Source: a virus
Direction: 5' to 3' (one strand)
DNA length: 64,000 nt
IMG/VR virus record: IMGVR_UViG_3300020473_000015
In this document: positions 28,251 to 37,668 of the stretch, one piece after another
Layout of the letters: each line of letters opens with the position of its first letter
How positions within the stretch are numbered: position 1 is the stretch's first letter
Translations under genes and position numbers: made by a program
The notes under the pieces: model-generated
Seen by the model: the letters and a program-made list of their open reading frames with translations, nothing else
What the model was told of the DNA's origin: nothing
Database searches by the model: none

Positions 28251-31196
28251 ATGGCTAGAGATTGTGGAAAAGGAAAATCAGCAAAAAAGGCAGTAAAGCA
28301 AACTTCTAAAAGGCCCTGGCTTAGACAGGGCTATTTAATGGTCCGTGCGCCCTCTCTTGTAAAACCGTTGGAAGAGAATCATAAACAAAGCCCCTATATA
28401 AAACAAATTTTTGTACCAAAGACGGACGGATCCTCTACGATTAATATGCTAACAACAAACCCTTCTGTGCTTTCGTTCTTCAATGGTCGGCCCGTTGATT
28501 ATAGTCAATTGGTACCACACATTGAATTATATAAAGTATACATACACAATAAAGAAGAAATTGAAGAGTATGAATTTCCCTTTAAGAGCTTTTCAGATTT
28601 TACAAAAGATTGGCCTTCTCCTATGAAAAATATTCTTTTTAGGGGTCGAGATGCAGGTATTCAATCAATAGATGTTAAAATGGAAGGTCGAGGAAGAAAC
28701 CCAGTATCTGCAAATGTGATGGACATAAAAATTAAATTTTTCTTTAATGACACTTTGACCTTGTTCAAACGCCTTCCAAAAGAAATAAAGGGACATTCAG
28801 TTAGTTATTCAGATTTAATTAGATATCCTCCCTCAATGCAGGGTTCTGCAACTGGCTTAAATAGCAAAGCATTTAGAATAAGGCTAAGATTGGGATGGTC
28901 CATGTTAACTGGAGAGGGCTCACATATTGCTTCACAACCGAATTCCAAAGACTTTGTTAGCGCAGTTCAGGACAGTAAAATTTCAATTACTGCCGACTTA
29001 TACACTCACCAAATGGAATTTAATAGTGACGGCTCTCTAACCATCACCGCACACTATAAGGGCGCCCTAGAATCTGCTTTTTCCTCACAGGTTTCTAATA
29101 TACTTAGAAATCAAGGGGGAAACAATGAACTGAACAAAATGAATGCAGCTATTAAGCGAGCGGAAGATTCTCTTCTCCGAATAAAACTTGGAGAACGTTA
29201 CAATTATATTGAGTCTACTGAAAAATTAGCAGAAGAAACAGAAAAACTTTATAAATACAGAGATATGTTAGATAAAGCAGCTGAACAATCAAAAGATCAG
29301 TTTCCCAAAGATTTGCTTGAGCAATTCAAAAAAGTAGAACAGGCTACAAACGCTCTTCGTAAAAAATATCCAGGTAGCAAATCACCAATCCAGGCGCTAA
29401 CAGCCGCAACTAAAGACACTACTGCCGCTCAAATTAGAGATGAGTTAAGGAAGATGGATAATAACCTTAAGGCCGCTGAGAAAAGGTCAAAAGCCTTAAA
29501 GAGTGCAAAAGCGAAAGGTCGCTCCACAAGAAAAAAAGTAGCTGCTCAGAAAAAAGCGATCAAAGCACTGAAAACGTCAAAGAGCCGATATGAACGGGCG
29601 ATGAAAGGTAAACATCTTTTTTCTTATGTAGAGTTTTTGCGAACTCAAAACAAAATAGCATATGTTACAACAGGTAGAAAAAGCGAGTTTAATACATACG
29701 TCGACATGATAAACACAGCAATCGAAAAGGGAGGATCGGAAAGTTCAGCTGAAAAAATTAATAGATTGCAGGGGGAGCTAGAAGGAGATGAGCCTAGATC
29801 AGAACATAGATATCAACTTGAGCTTGGACCCATGTGGGACGAAAAAGAATACCTAATGGAAAAGTATGGCGACTTAGGAGTTGACACTGTTTTAAGTCTG
29901 CAAGCCGGTATGTCACTCTTAAGAGATGATTTGATATCAGATGCGCCTGAGCCCGACACCATTCCAGAAAAAGCAGCTACGAAGATAAAAAAGAAGCCAA
30001 AGCGTAGACGAAAAGGCAAGCGAAAGGTGTCACGCGGAACAGCAAAAGACGCGGTGGTTTGGGATTTTGAATCCCCTCGATGGGTGAAGGGTGATAAACT
30101 TTATTATTTCAGATTGGGAGATTTATTAACTTCAATATTAGAAAAGGGGGATTTTGGAAAAACCATTGAAGAGGAATCTCCTAATTTTAAAGTTTTTTTG
30201 GGAGAATATGATATTCCTGAGAGTGGAAATACAACCAAACGTTTTAATTTATATAATCTTCCAATATCTTTAGAGATATTTCATCTTTTTGTGGCACAAA
30301 AGATTGTAGGAACGGGCAGAAAAAATTATCCACTTTTGAATTTTACTTTTGACTTAATTAAGTTTGTGATGGACAAAACTCAATCTGTTTTTTCCCATTC
30401 TTCTGATTTTGTTTCTGTGTCACTTATACCGCCCAACTTTAAGATGGATTTAACCTCAATCGACTTGCCCTCAAAAGAGCTTGAAAATGCCCTAGAGGGA
30501 GAAAGAAAAGAATTTTTACAGCTAAAAAATAATAGTACTATTAACACGCTAAAGGTGACAAGCATCAAAAACACTTCGAATTGTTTTGTTTTACACTCTA
30601 AAAGAAAATTAGAGGCCGGTGAGATGTCCCCCTATAGAGGAGATATCAAAGAGGATGAGCAGCGCGGCATATTCCACTTTTTTGTCGGCGGTCCAGATCG
30701 CGGCATACTTAAAAAAATCGACTTTAAACAAGCCGGTAACAGCCTATTTTCGACTGCCCTCATGAGAAATGGACAAAGCGGCGGCGCCGAGACTAGAAAT
30801 GGCGTGATTAAGCCATCAAAATTTTCATGCGAACTGACGCTAGTTGGAAATCCTTTCTTTTTTATTGGGCAAATGATTTATATTAATACCTCTCTTATAA
30901 GTGGGGGTAACTTTGAGCAAAATGTTATATTGAATGGAGGCTATTATGTCGTTACAGCCGTTGAAAATATCTTTACAAATGATCGCTGGGAAACAAAAAT
31001 AAAGGGTGTTTTGAATATCCCAGATCATGCAATTCCGGGCCGAAAAGAAAGACTTATGTCTGCCTGGACGTCCGTTGGCGAGTTAGATAGCGTGACGAGA
31101 GGCCGTGTGCAGGAGAATCTAGACAAGGACGGCAAGGCGCTAAATGAAGCAACTAATAGAAGCACTAAGACGCCCAAAATCCCGAGGACCAAATAA
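28251..31196 (+). CDS. large baseplate hub-like protein
   Basis: 981 aa; C-terminal CELTLVGNPFFFIGQMIYI..GGYYVVTAVEN resembles hub proteins. Confidence 0.5.
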   Translation: MARDCGKGKSAKKAVKQTSKRPWLRQGYLMVRAPSLVKPLEENHKQSPYIKQIFVPKTDGSSTINMLTTNPSVLSFFNGRPVDYSQLVPHIELYKVYIHNKEEIEEYEFPFKSFSDFTKDWPSPMKNILFRGRDAGIQSIDVKMEGRGRNPVSANVMDIKIKFFFNDTLTLFKRLPKEIKGHSVSYSDLIRYPPSMQGSATGLNSKAFRIRLRLGWSMLTGEGSHIASQPNSKDFVSAVQDSKISITADLYTHQMEFNSDGSLTITAHYKGALESAFSSQVSNILRNQGGNNELNKMNAAIKRAEDSLLRIKLGERYNYIESTEKLAEETEKLYKYRDMLDKAAEQSKDQFPKDLLEQFKKVEQATNALRKKYPGSKSPIQALTAATKDTTAAQIRDELRKMDNNLKAAEKRSKALKSAKAKGRSTRKKVAAQKKAIKALKTSKSRYERAMKGKHLFSYVEFLRTQNKIAYVTTGRKSEFNTYVDMINTAIEKGGSESSAEKINRLQGELEGDEPRSEHRYQLELGPMWDEKEYLMEKYGDLGVDTVLSLQAGMSLLRDDLISDAPEPDTIPEKAATKIKKKPKRRRKGKRKVSRGTAKDAVVWDFESPRWVKGDKLYYFRLGDLLTSILEKGDFGKTIEEESPNFKVFLGEYDIPESGNTTKRFNLYNLPISLEIFHLFVAQKIVGTGRKNYPLLNFTFDLIKFVMDKTQSVFSHSSDFVSVSLIPPNFKMDLTSIDLPSKELENALEGERKEFLQLKNNSTINTLKVTSIKNTSNCFVLHSKRKLEAGEMSPYRGDIKEDEQRGIFHFFVGGPDRGILKKIDFKQAGNSLFSTALMRNGQSGGAETRNGVIKPSKFSCELTLVGNPFFFIGQMIYINTSLISGGNFEQNVILNGGYYVVTAVENIFTNDRWETKIKGVLNIPDHAIPGRKERLMSAWTSVGELDSVTRGRVQENLDKDGKALNEATNRSTKTPKIPRTK

Positions 31197-31207
31197 TGCA
31201 TTTAAAT

Positions 31208-31216
31208 TCTATTTAT
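31208..31216 (+). promoter_or_regulatory. putative late promoter TCTATTTAT
   Basis: recurrent motif before ATG 31235. Confidence 0.5.
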
Positions 31217-31234
31217 ACCGGGAGAAAAGAGTAA

Positions 31235-32593
31235 ATGGGTGTAATATTTCCAAAGCCATGGGGGAAAAATGATTTAGCAAACCCTCACATGTTTTCGGAA
31301 AGATTAAAGTATAAACAAAAATCTTTCAATGGCGCCGACCCAATTCCAATTGACATGCTATATGAGAAACCTTTCTATGGGAAGGTTGATAAAAAGGGTC
31401 GTACAATTTATCCGTCTGAAGTCAACATGGAACAAATTCCGGGATCTGGATTGTTAATGGTTCATGATTTTGTTGCGCATGCTTTTTCGAGGCTCAAGTC
31501 AGAGGTAGAATTAATCGCGTCTTTTAAAAATCACAATTTTGCTAGTATGTTTCCTTCTGGCTATGTTCCAGTTTCGGCAATGCATAATTTCCATAAGCTA
31601 TATCAAAACCATTTTGTTGATAATGTATATAATGTTTTTATAAACAATTGGATAATTGGCACTTCCAGAAAAAGACATATAAGAACTTTTCCTAATTTTG
31701 TAAAACAATTTGTTGATTTTTCTGAATTTATGAACGATCAGTTCCCAGTAACTAAAACAGGGTTTATAATGTCTCCGATGTGCCCTCACGCAATAAGTGG
31801 TTTCATAATTGAGCTTGAAGGGCTTGACAAAGATGATGATAGTAAAAAATATGATGGCTGGATATCCAACCCATCTTTTCGAAAATATGCAAGATTAGTT
31901 GCTGCATTTGGCTTTTATGTAGATAAAAATTGCCCATGGAGAATAGCTGCTAACTTAGACCATCCATACATGACCCAAAACGCAATGCCAGCATATGGAA
32001 CTTCATATGAGGACGGGAGAATGTTTAAAGATTATTTCTATCAAGCAGAATATTACTCATACGAAGACTTTAAAGTTAGAATGTGGTATGGCTATAGATC
32101 CTTATTGGTTGATAATGATACAAATACGTTTGGTTTAATAACACAGGTTCGCAATTGTACAAGAGAGACGCATGCAGATCTTCTTTCACAGTCTTTTAAT
32201 ACAAAGTGGAAAAAAGGATTTCTAAAAGAAATTTCTGAAGATTTTGATAAATTTTTATTAGAATACCCAGATTCTTTTTTTCTGCCACATTATTTTAAAA
32301 TCCGCGTGTCAGAGAGCGGTAAAAAAATGAAGGATAATCAATACAACGCCAAGTTAAGAAATATTTTAAAAATTAATGAATTGCATGGCATCAGTAGAGC
32401 ATTATTAGCTATAGGTGACATTACAAAACAATCCAACATATATCTCAAGAACGAAAATGCAGAATATCCTCGTAAAATAAAATATTTTGGAAAAAGTATA
32501 AGTTCGGGCTTGCATTCTTATAAAGAACGTGATAAAGTAGCCAGTGAAGATATTAAAACATCCAATATCATGACGGATTCAGAATATCTATAA
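31235..32593 (+). CDS. hypothetical protein (end of virion module)
   Basis: 452 aa aromatic-rich ORF. Confidence 0.6.
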   Translation: MGVIFPKPWGKNDLANPHMFSERLKYKQKSFNGADPIPIDMLYEKPFYGKVDKKGRTIYPSEVNMEQIPGSGLLMVHDFVAHAFSRLKSEVELIASFKNHNFASMFPSGYVPVSAMHNFHKLYQNHFVDNVYNVFINNWIIGTSRKRHIRTFPNFVKQFVDFSEFMNDQFPVTKTGFIMSPMCPHAISGFIIELEGLDKDDDSKKYDGWISNPSFRKYARLVAAFGFYVDKNCPWRIAANLDHPYMTQNAMPAYGTSYEDGRMFKDYFYQAEYYSYEDFKVRMWYGYRSLLVDNDTNTFGLITQVRNCTRETHADLLSQSFNTKWKKGFLKEISEDFDKFLLEYPDSFFLPHYFKIRVSESGKKMKDNQYNAKLRNILKINELHGISRALLAIGDITKQSNIYLKNENAEYPRKIKYFGKSISSGLHSYKERDKVASEDIKTSNIMTDSEYL

Positions 32594-32612
32594 AGAGGAT
32601 ATCACGTAAAAA

Positions 32613-33803
32613 ATGATCTTTCAAACGTTTGATGATAAAAAAGATTGTATTGCTGTTTATGTAGATAATCAGCTTTTTTTGGAAAAACTGCCAAAGAGAA
32701 AATCCCTAACTCACACGTGGGATTATTCCGAAAGCTTACAAAAACCAGACATTAGATATGCTAAGTATTATTGTGGGGGCAAATCCTTATCAGAAATGTG
32801 TCCCGACTATCTTACAAAAGAGTGGGAAGTAGTCAAACAAAAATTAAATGCATTTCATCGATCCGCGAAAGAAGTTAAATTAAATTTAAATGAATATTGT
32901 TATTTTGATCTATTGCCACCCCACGTGTTGATGGAATATGGCAAAATTAAAAATCAAATATGTGCAAATGTATTTAAGAATTATGAGAAGCCAAAAGATT
33001 ACGATTTTAGAGTGAGTCTTGCAAAAGTCCTCACAGAAATTAAAAATCAAAAATTAAATATTGATATGGAACCTCTTAAAAAGAGGCGTCACGAATTTAA
33101 GGTAAGGCAATTTTTTCGCAAGTTTAAAGAAATTGAACCGTATATATGCTATAATATGTATGGAGCTAAAACTGGAAGACTAACAGCTTCTCAGTTTCCC
33201 ATTCTTACAATGCACAAGAGTTATAGAAAAATATTAAAGCCAAACAATCATTGGTTTTTAGAGATGGATTACAATGCTGCTGAACTTCGCGTCATGATGG
33301 GACTATTGGGAAAAGAGCAGCCGCTAGAAGATGTACATGAGTGGAACATGAAGAACATTTTCAACAACAAGGGCACGAGAGAGGAAGCAAAAAAGAGAAT
33401 TTTTGCATGGCTTTACAATCCCAAATCTCAGGACAATCTTTTAAATAAAGAATATAATAGAGATTTTGTTACCAACAAGTATTATGATGGAAAACAAGTA
33501 ACGACGTTTTTTGATAGAACAATTGATTCTGATGATCATCATGCATTGAATTATATTATTCAATCAACTGCTGCAGATTTGTTTCTAAGGCAAATGATAA
33601 AGGTTTGGGAATTGTTAAAAGATAAGAAATCAAGTATTGCTTTTTGTCTACATGATTCTCTTGTCATTGATTTACATGTGGATGATGAAATGTATGTAAA
33701 TGATATAAAAAACATGTTTGCGAAAACCGAACTGGGAGAGTTTAAAGTAAATTCTTTTGGTGGAAGAAATTTTGGCGATATGAAAAGGTTAAATATTAAA
33801 TGA
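32613..33803 (+). CDS. polA: compact family A DNA polymerase (polymerase domain only)
   Basis: KTGRLT, motif A DYNAAELR, motif B REEAKKRIFAWLY, ALNYIIQSTAAD, motif C LHDSLV; only 396 aa. Confidence 0.8.
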   Translation: MIFQTFDDKKDCIAVYVDNQLFLEKLPKRKSLTHTWDYSESLQKPDIRYAKYYCGGKSLSEMCPDYLTKEWEVVKQKLNAFHRSAKEVKLNLNEYCYFDLLPPHVLMEYGKIKNQICANVFKNYEKPKDYDFRVSLAKVLTEIKNQKLNIDMEPLKKRRHEFKVRQFFRKFKEIEPYICYNMYGAKTGRLTASQFPILTMHKSYRKILKPNNHWFLEMDYNAAELRVMMGLLGKEQPLEDVHEWNMKNIFNNKGTREEAKKRIFAWLYNPKSQDNLLNKEYNRDFVTNKYYDGKQVTTFFDRTIDSDDHHALNYIIQSTAADLFLRQMIKVWELLKDKKSSIAFCLHDSLVIDLHVDDEMYVNDIKNMFAKTELGEFKVNSFGGRNFGDMKRLNIK

Positions 33804-34666
33804 AAACAATCATTGGCTTAGGTAAAGCAGGGTGCAATATTGCAGATAGCTTCTCTCAATATCCCCAATATAAAATATATAAAATCGATACAGACTTAAA
33901 AGAGGACAAAAATTGCTTTAATTATCCCTCTTTTAAAACTCTGGAAGAATATGAAAGTAACTGTCCTAGTCTTAAGAAGTTCTTCAGATATGTAAAGGGC
34001 GAAGTATTATTTATTACGAGTTGCGGTAAAATCTCTGCTGCTTCTTTGAGAATATTGGAGCAGCTAAAAAACAAATGCGATATCAGTGTTTTATATGTGC
34101 GCCCAGATCGATCTTTACTTTCAGAACTGAAAGCATTAAATGACAATTTAATTTTTGGTGTATTGCAACAATATGCACGCTCAGGCTTATTCAAGAGAGC
34201 ATATTTGGTGGACAACATAAAGCTTTCCGAGATAGTTGGAGATGTGCCTTTAAGAGAACATTACAACAGCTTAAATCAATTAATAACATCGACAATTCAT
34301 ATGGTTAATGTGTTTAATCACTCTAAATCAGAAATAGACACTTTCGATGAAATCTTGGATGTTGCAAGAATTTCAACCTTCAGTATGGTCTCTTATGAAA
34401 ATAATGAAGAAAAAGTGTTTTTTGATCTTGACATCCCCAGACAGAAGTGTTATTATTATGGCATGCCTGAAGAGCTATTAAAGTCGGACGGAAGTTTAAT
34501 GAAAAACATCTCAGAACAACTTAAAATTTTGAAACAATATGATAAAATAAAGGTCAGTTACGGAATATATTCTACGAATTATGACGTGCCTTACGTTTAT
34601 GGTCTGTTGAATAGTTCTGTGGTACAAAATAATAATTTTAGACTTGACAAAGAAATAAATTTATAG
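33800..34666 (+). CDS. divergent tubulin/FtsZ-family protein (PhuZ/TubZ-like)
   Basis: N-terminal IIGLGKAGCNIAD and IDTD; signature loop degenerate (ITSCGKISAAS); LVDN. Confidence 0.6.
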   Translation: MKTIIGLGKAGCNIADSFSQYPQYKIYKIDTDLKEDKNCFNYPSFKTLEEYESNCPSLKKFFRYVKGEVLFITSCGKISAASLRILEQLKNKCDISVLYVRPDRSLLSELKALNDNLIFGVLQQYARSGLFKRAYLVDNIKLSEIVGDVPLREHYNSLNQLITSTIHMVNVFNHSKSEIDTFDEILDVARISTFSMVSYENNEEKVFFDLDIPRQKCYYYGMPEELLKSDGSLMKNISEQLKILKQYDKIKVSYGIYSTNYDVPYVYGLLNSSVVQNNNFRLDKEINL

Positions 34667-34672
34667 TATTAT
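34644..34672 (+). promoter_or_regulatory. sigma70-type promoter TTGACA-N17-TATTAT
   Basis: read directly; upstream of the SSB gene. Confidence 0.75.
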
Positions 34673-34728
34673 ACAAACCAGCGATGTGAGAGAGTTATCA
34701 CATTGACTTAAAAAGGAGAAAATAAATT

Positions 34729-35490
34729 ATGGCTATTGATATGAAAAAAATGCGAGAGCGAAAAAATGCTCTTGAGAATAAAGGCGGCAACAACAATCGT
34801 TTTTGGCGACCTCAAGACGGTGAACAAACAATTCGTATTGTTCCCACTGCTGATGGAGATCCCTTCAAGGATTACTGGTTCCACTATAATGTTGGAGACA
34901 ATCCAGGATTTTTAAGTCCAAAGCGAAACTTTGGAGAAGATTGTCCATTGGATTCTTTTGTGCGTCAACTTTGGCAAGAAGGCACGGAAGATAGCAAACG
35001 AATGGCCAAAAAGCTTTCTGCACGTCAACGTTTCTTCGCACCCGTTGTTGTACGAGGCGAAGAGGATAAAGGTGTTAGAGTTTGGGGCTTCGGTAAGACC
35101 GTATATGAAACCCTCTTAAATCTAGTACTAAATCCTGAATATGGAGATATCACTGACGCCGAGAGCGGTACAGATCTTGTGCTGACTTACGGTAAACCTG
35201 CTGGAGCACAATTTCCAGTTACACAACTTACACCCCGCCGACGAAGTTCCTCGCTTTGTAAAGAACCGGAAAGATGCCGTGAATTTTTGGACGATGTGCC
35301 AGATTTTGATGAGCTATTTTCAGCTAGCCGAAAATCTTTTGCAGAGGTTCAGGCTATGCTAGATGAGTTCCTTTTGGGCGATTCTGACCCAGAAGAGAAC
35401 TCCACAGAAACTACCAAATATGATGGCGGCGAGAAGGAAAAATCTAGTACTTCCGTTGACCAAGCTTTTGCTGATCTTCTTGGTAGTTAG
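34729..35490 (+). CDS. single-stranded DNA-binding protein (T4 gp32-like)
   Basis: FWRPQDGEQTIRIVP, GVRVWGFGKTVYETL, YGDITDAESGTDL, acidic tail ending FADLLGS. Confidence 0.8.
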   Translation: MAIDMKKMRERKNALENKGGNNNRFWRPQDGEQTIRIVPTADGDPFKDYWFHYNVGDNPGFLSPKRNFGEDCPLDSFVRQLWQEGTEDSKRMAKKLSARQRFFAPVVVRGEEDKGVRVWGFGKTVYETLLNLVLNPEYGDITDAESGTDLVLTYGKPAGAQFPVTQLTPRRRSSSLCKEPERCREFLDDVPDFDELFSASRKSFAEVQAMLDEFLLGDSDPEENSTETTKYDGGEKEKSSTSVDQAFADLLGS

Positions 35491-35505
35491 GCTGTAAACC
35501 GCAGG

Positions 35506-35535
35506 GAGGCATGGGTAACAGATGCCTCATTTTTT
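35506..35535 (+). terminator. stem-loop with U tract between SSB and recA
   Basis: GAGGCAT-GGGTAACAG-ATGCCTC followed by ATTTTTT. Confidence 0.6.
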
Positions 35536-35555
35536 AACATAGAATAGGAGTTAGA

Positions 35556-36659
35556 ATGGCTAAGAATAAAAAAGCTGGCAAGCTTTCTATTGCCGACATG
35601 CGCAAACTTATCAATAAGAAGGCTGGAATTAATGTAGCACACAATTTAAATGAAGATAGTCCTACAATTGTTAAGGAATGGATTCCCACAGGTTCTAGAT
35701 GGCTTGATAGTATTATTTGTAGAGGACAGTTGGCAGGAATTCCAGTAGGAAAGATTGTTGAAGTCGCAGGACTTGAAGCAACAGGTAAATCATATATGGC
35801 AGCACAAATTGCTGCAAACGCCCAGAAAATGGGTATTGATGTTGTATATTTCGATTCAGAGTCTGCAATTGATCCTGGGTTTTTAGAAAAAGCTGGTTGT
35901 AATGTGGATAATCTATTATATGTACAAGCAACATCTGTAGAGTTCGTTCTAGAAACAATTGAAGAACTTTTAGGTTCTAATGAAAATAAAATGTTATTTA
36001 TCTGGGATTCTCTAGCTTTAACACCTGCCGTTTCAGATATTGAGGGAGATTTTAATCCTCTGTCGTCGATGGCAGTAAAGGCTAGAATTCTTGCAAAGGG
36101 TATGTCAAAACTTACAGTGCCAATTGCAAATAGTCAATCGACATTTCTGGTATTAAACCAACTTAAAACAAATATCACTAGAAGCCCTTCAGAGGCTCTT
36201 ACAACGCCCTATATGACTCCGGGCGGCAAAGCTATGATTTATGCTTATTCGTTGCGTGTGTGGCTCACTGGGCGCAAAGCAAAGGCATCTTTTATCACTG
36301 ATGATAAAGGATATCGAATTGGTTCTGAGGTAAAAGTAAAACTTGAGAAATCTCGCTTTGGAACTGCTGGAAGACAGTGTAATTTTAAAATTTTATGGGG
36401 AGAGGAAATTGGAGTACAAGACGAAGAAAGTTGGCTGGATGCGATTAAAGGCTCGCCGCACCTATCGAACGCTGGCGCATGGTTTACACTTGATTATGGT
36501 GATGGCACGTCCGACAAATTTCAGAGCGCAGGTTGGAAAAAGAAACTTGAAGAACCTAAATTTAAACAGCGAGTTTTAGAGATAATGGATGAAGAAATTA
36601 TCATGAAATTTGATAAACGCACAGGTTCCGCAGAATCTTTCTACGAAGATGGGGAATAA
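35556..36659 (+). CDS. recA: RecA/UvsX recombinase
   Basis: Walker A GLEATGKS, FIWDSLA, LNQLKTN, TPGGKAMIYAYSLR. Confidence 0.93.
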   Translation: MAKNKKAGKLSIADMRKLINKKAGINVAHNLNEDSPTIVKEWIPTGSRWLDSIICRGQLAGIPVGKIVEVAGLEATGKSYMAAQIAANAQKMGIDVVYFDSESAIDPGFLEKAGCNVDNLLYVQATSVEFVLETIEELLGSNENKMLFIWDSLALTPAVSDIEGDFNPLSSMAVKARILAKGMSKLTVPIANSQSTFLVLNQLKTNITRSPSEALTTPYMTPGGKAMIYAYSLRVWLTGRKAKASFITDDKGYRIGSEVKVKLEKSRFGTAGRQCNFKILWGEEIGVQDEESWLDAIKGSPHLSNAGAWFTLDYGDGTSDKFQSAGWKKKLEEPKFKQRVLEIMDEEIIMKFDKRTGSAESFYEDGE

Positions 36660-36672
36660 ACCATTTTTTGTT

Positions 36673-36681
36673 ACTAATTAA
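36673..36681 (+). promoter_or_regulatory. putative late promoter ACTAATTAA
   Basis: motif variant before the two MKL..RLKQxIxEE genes. Confidence 0.45.
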
Positions 36682-36710
36682 TAGTAGCTAAAACAAGGAG
36701 GCTTTCTAGC

Positions 36711-37079
36711 ATGAAACTAACGAAATCAAGACTTAAACAGTTAATCAGGGAAGAATGGCAAGCTGCATCTGCCGAGGGAATGGAGGTCGGTGAAGAACTA
36801 CCACTGGCAAAGAAAGATAGTAGTTATATTAAACGCATGCGTGACGAAGTTAAAAAAGCTTATATTGATGAACTAGGCCAACTTCTAAGCAGAGAAACCG
36901 ACGAACCACTAAAAGGTCATCAATTTGACAAATGGGTGCAAGCATTGACGATCACCCAAGGCAAAGATGCACGAATCGGTGGGCCCTCTATTTCGCAAGA
37001 TGCGTCTGATGCACAAACCAAACTCCACCACACAACGGATACGGACCCCTCATACGCACAAATTGCTTATGAAGAGTAG
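36711..37079 (+). CDS. hypothetical protein with MKLTKSRLKQLIREE leader (candidate internal head protein)
   Basis: leader nearly identical to that of the next gene; SD AAGGAGG. Confidence 0.6.
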   Translation: MKLTKSRLKQLIREEWQAASAEGMEVGEELPLAKKDSSYIKRMRDEVKKAYIDELGQLLSRETDEPLKGHQFDKWVQALTITQGKDARIGGPSISQDASDAQTKLHHTTDTDPSYAQIAYEE

Positions 37080-37090
37080 AGAGCCTCAAT

Positions 37091-37627
37091 ATGAAACTCT
37101 CACAAACTAGACTCAAGCAAATTATTAAAGAAGAGCTATATGTAATAATGGCCGCACTGGACCATGAGGAAAACTTTGTTAAAAAGCTTGAAGAAGGTCA
37201 TGGCGGTGAAGGTTCAATGGCGAGAAAGCAACTTGCACGCACTGCTGAGTTGGCAACAATGATACAAGATTCTATTACAGATGAAACTAATCTTGAGGAA
37301 TGGGTTGAGTCAAAGATAACAAAAGCTCAAGATTATTTAACTTCAGTTTTAAATTATATGCGTGGTGACGAGTTGGTTGATAAGCCCACCCTTCAAGAGC
37401 GCGGATTTGGTGAGGGAACTCCACCTTCTGGAGAATTTTATAAAAAGCAAGTTATAGAGGAAGATGAGCTAGAGGAGCGGAAACTTTCAAAAGCAGAAGA
37501 CAAAGAAAAAGAGAAAGTCGTTAAAGGCATGAAAAAGAACAAATCAGATTTTGAAAAGCGATACGGCAAAGATGCTAAAAGCGTAATGTATGCGACTGCA
37601 ACCAAAATAGCTAAAGAAACAGCATAA
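37091..37627 (+). CDS. hypothetical protein with MKLSQTRLKQIIKEE leader (candidate internal head protein)
   Basis: acidic, many LEE/LQE sites; WVESKITKAQDYL and KRYGKDAKSVMYATATK modules. Confidence 0.6.
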   Translation: MKLSQTRLKQIIKEELYVIMAALDHEENFVKKLEEGHGGEGSMARKQLARTAELATMIQDSITDETNLEEWVESKITKAQDYLTSVLNYMRGDELVDKPTLQERGFGEGTPPSGEFYKKQVIEEDELEERKLSKAEDKEKEKVVKGMKKNKSDFEKRYGKDAKSVMYATATKIAKETA

Positions 37628-37632
37628 AAACC

Positions 37633-37661
37633 TTGACAAACTTTTCCTAGTTTGTTATTAT
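37633..37661 (+). promoter_or_regulatory. sigma70-type promoter TTGACA-N17-TATTAT with extended TG
   Basis: read directly; 7 nt before the exonuclease ATG, so the transcript would be nearly leaderless. Confidence 0.75.
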
Positions 37662-37668
37662 AGTCTAC

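Noticed and set aside
34685-34702. CRP-like site TGTGA..TCACA
   Set aside because: Spacer is 8 nt rather than 6 and it lies downstream of the -10 box; kept only as a leader hairpin
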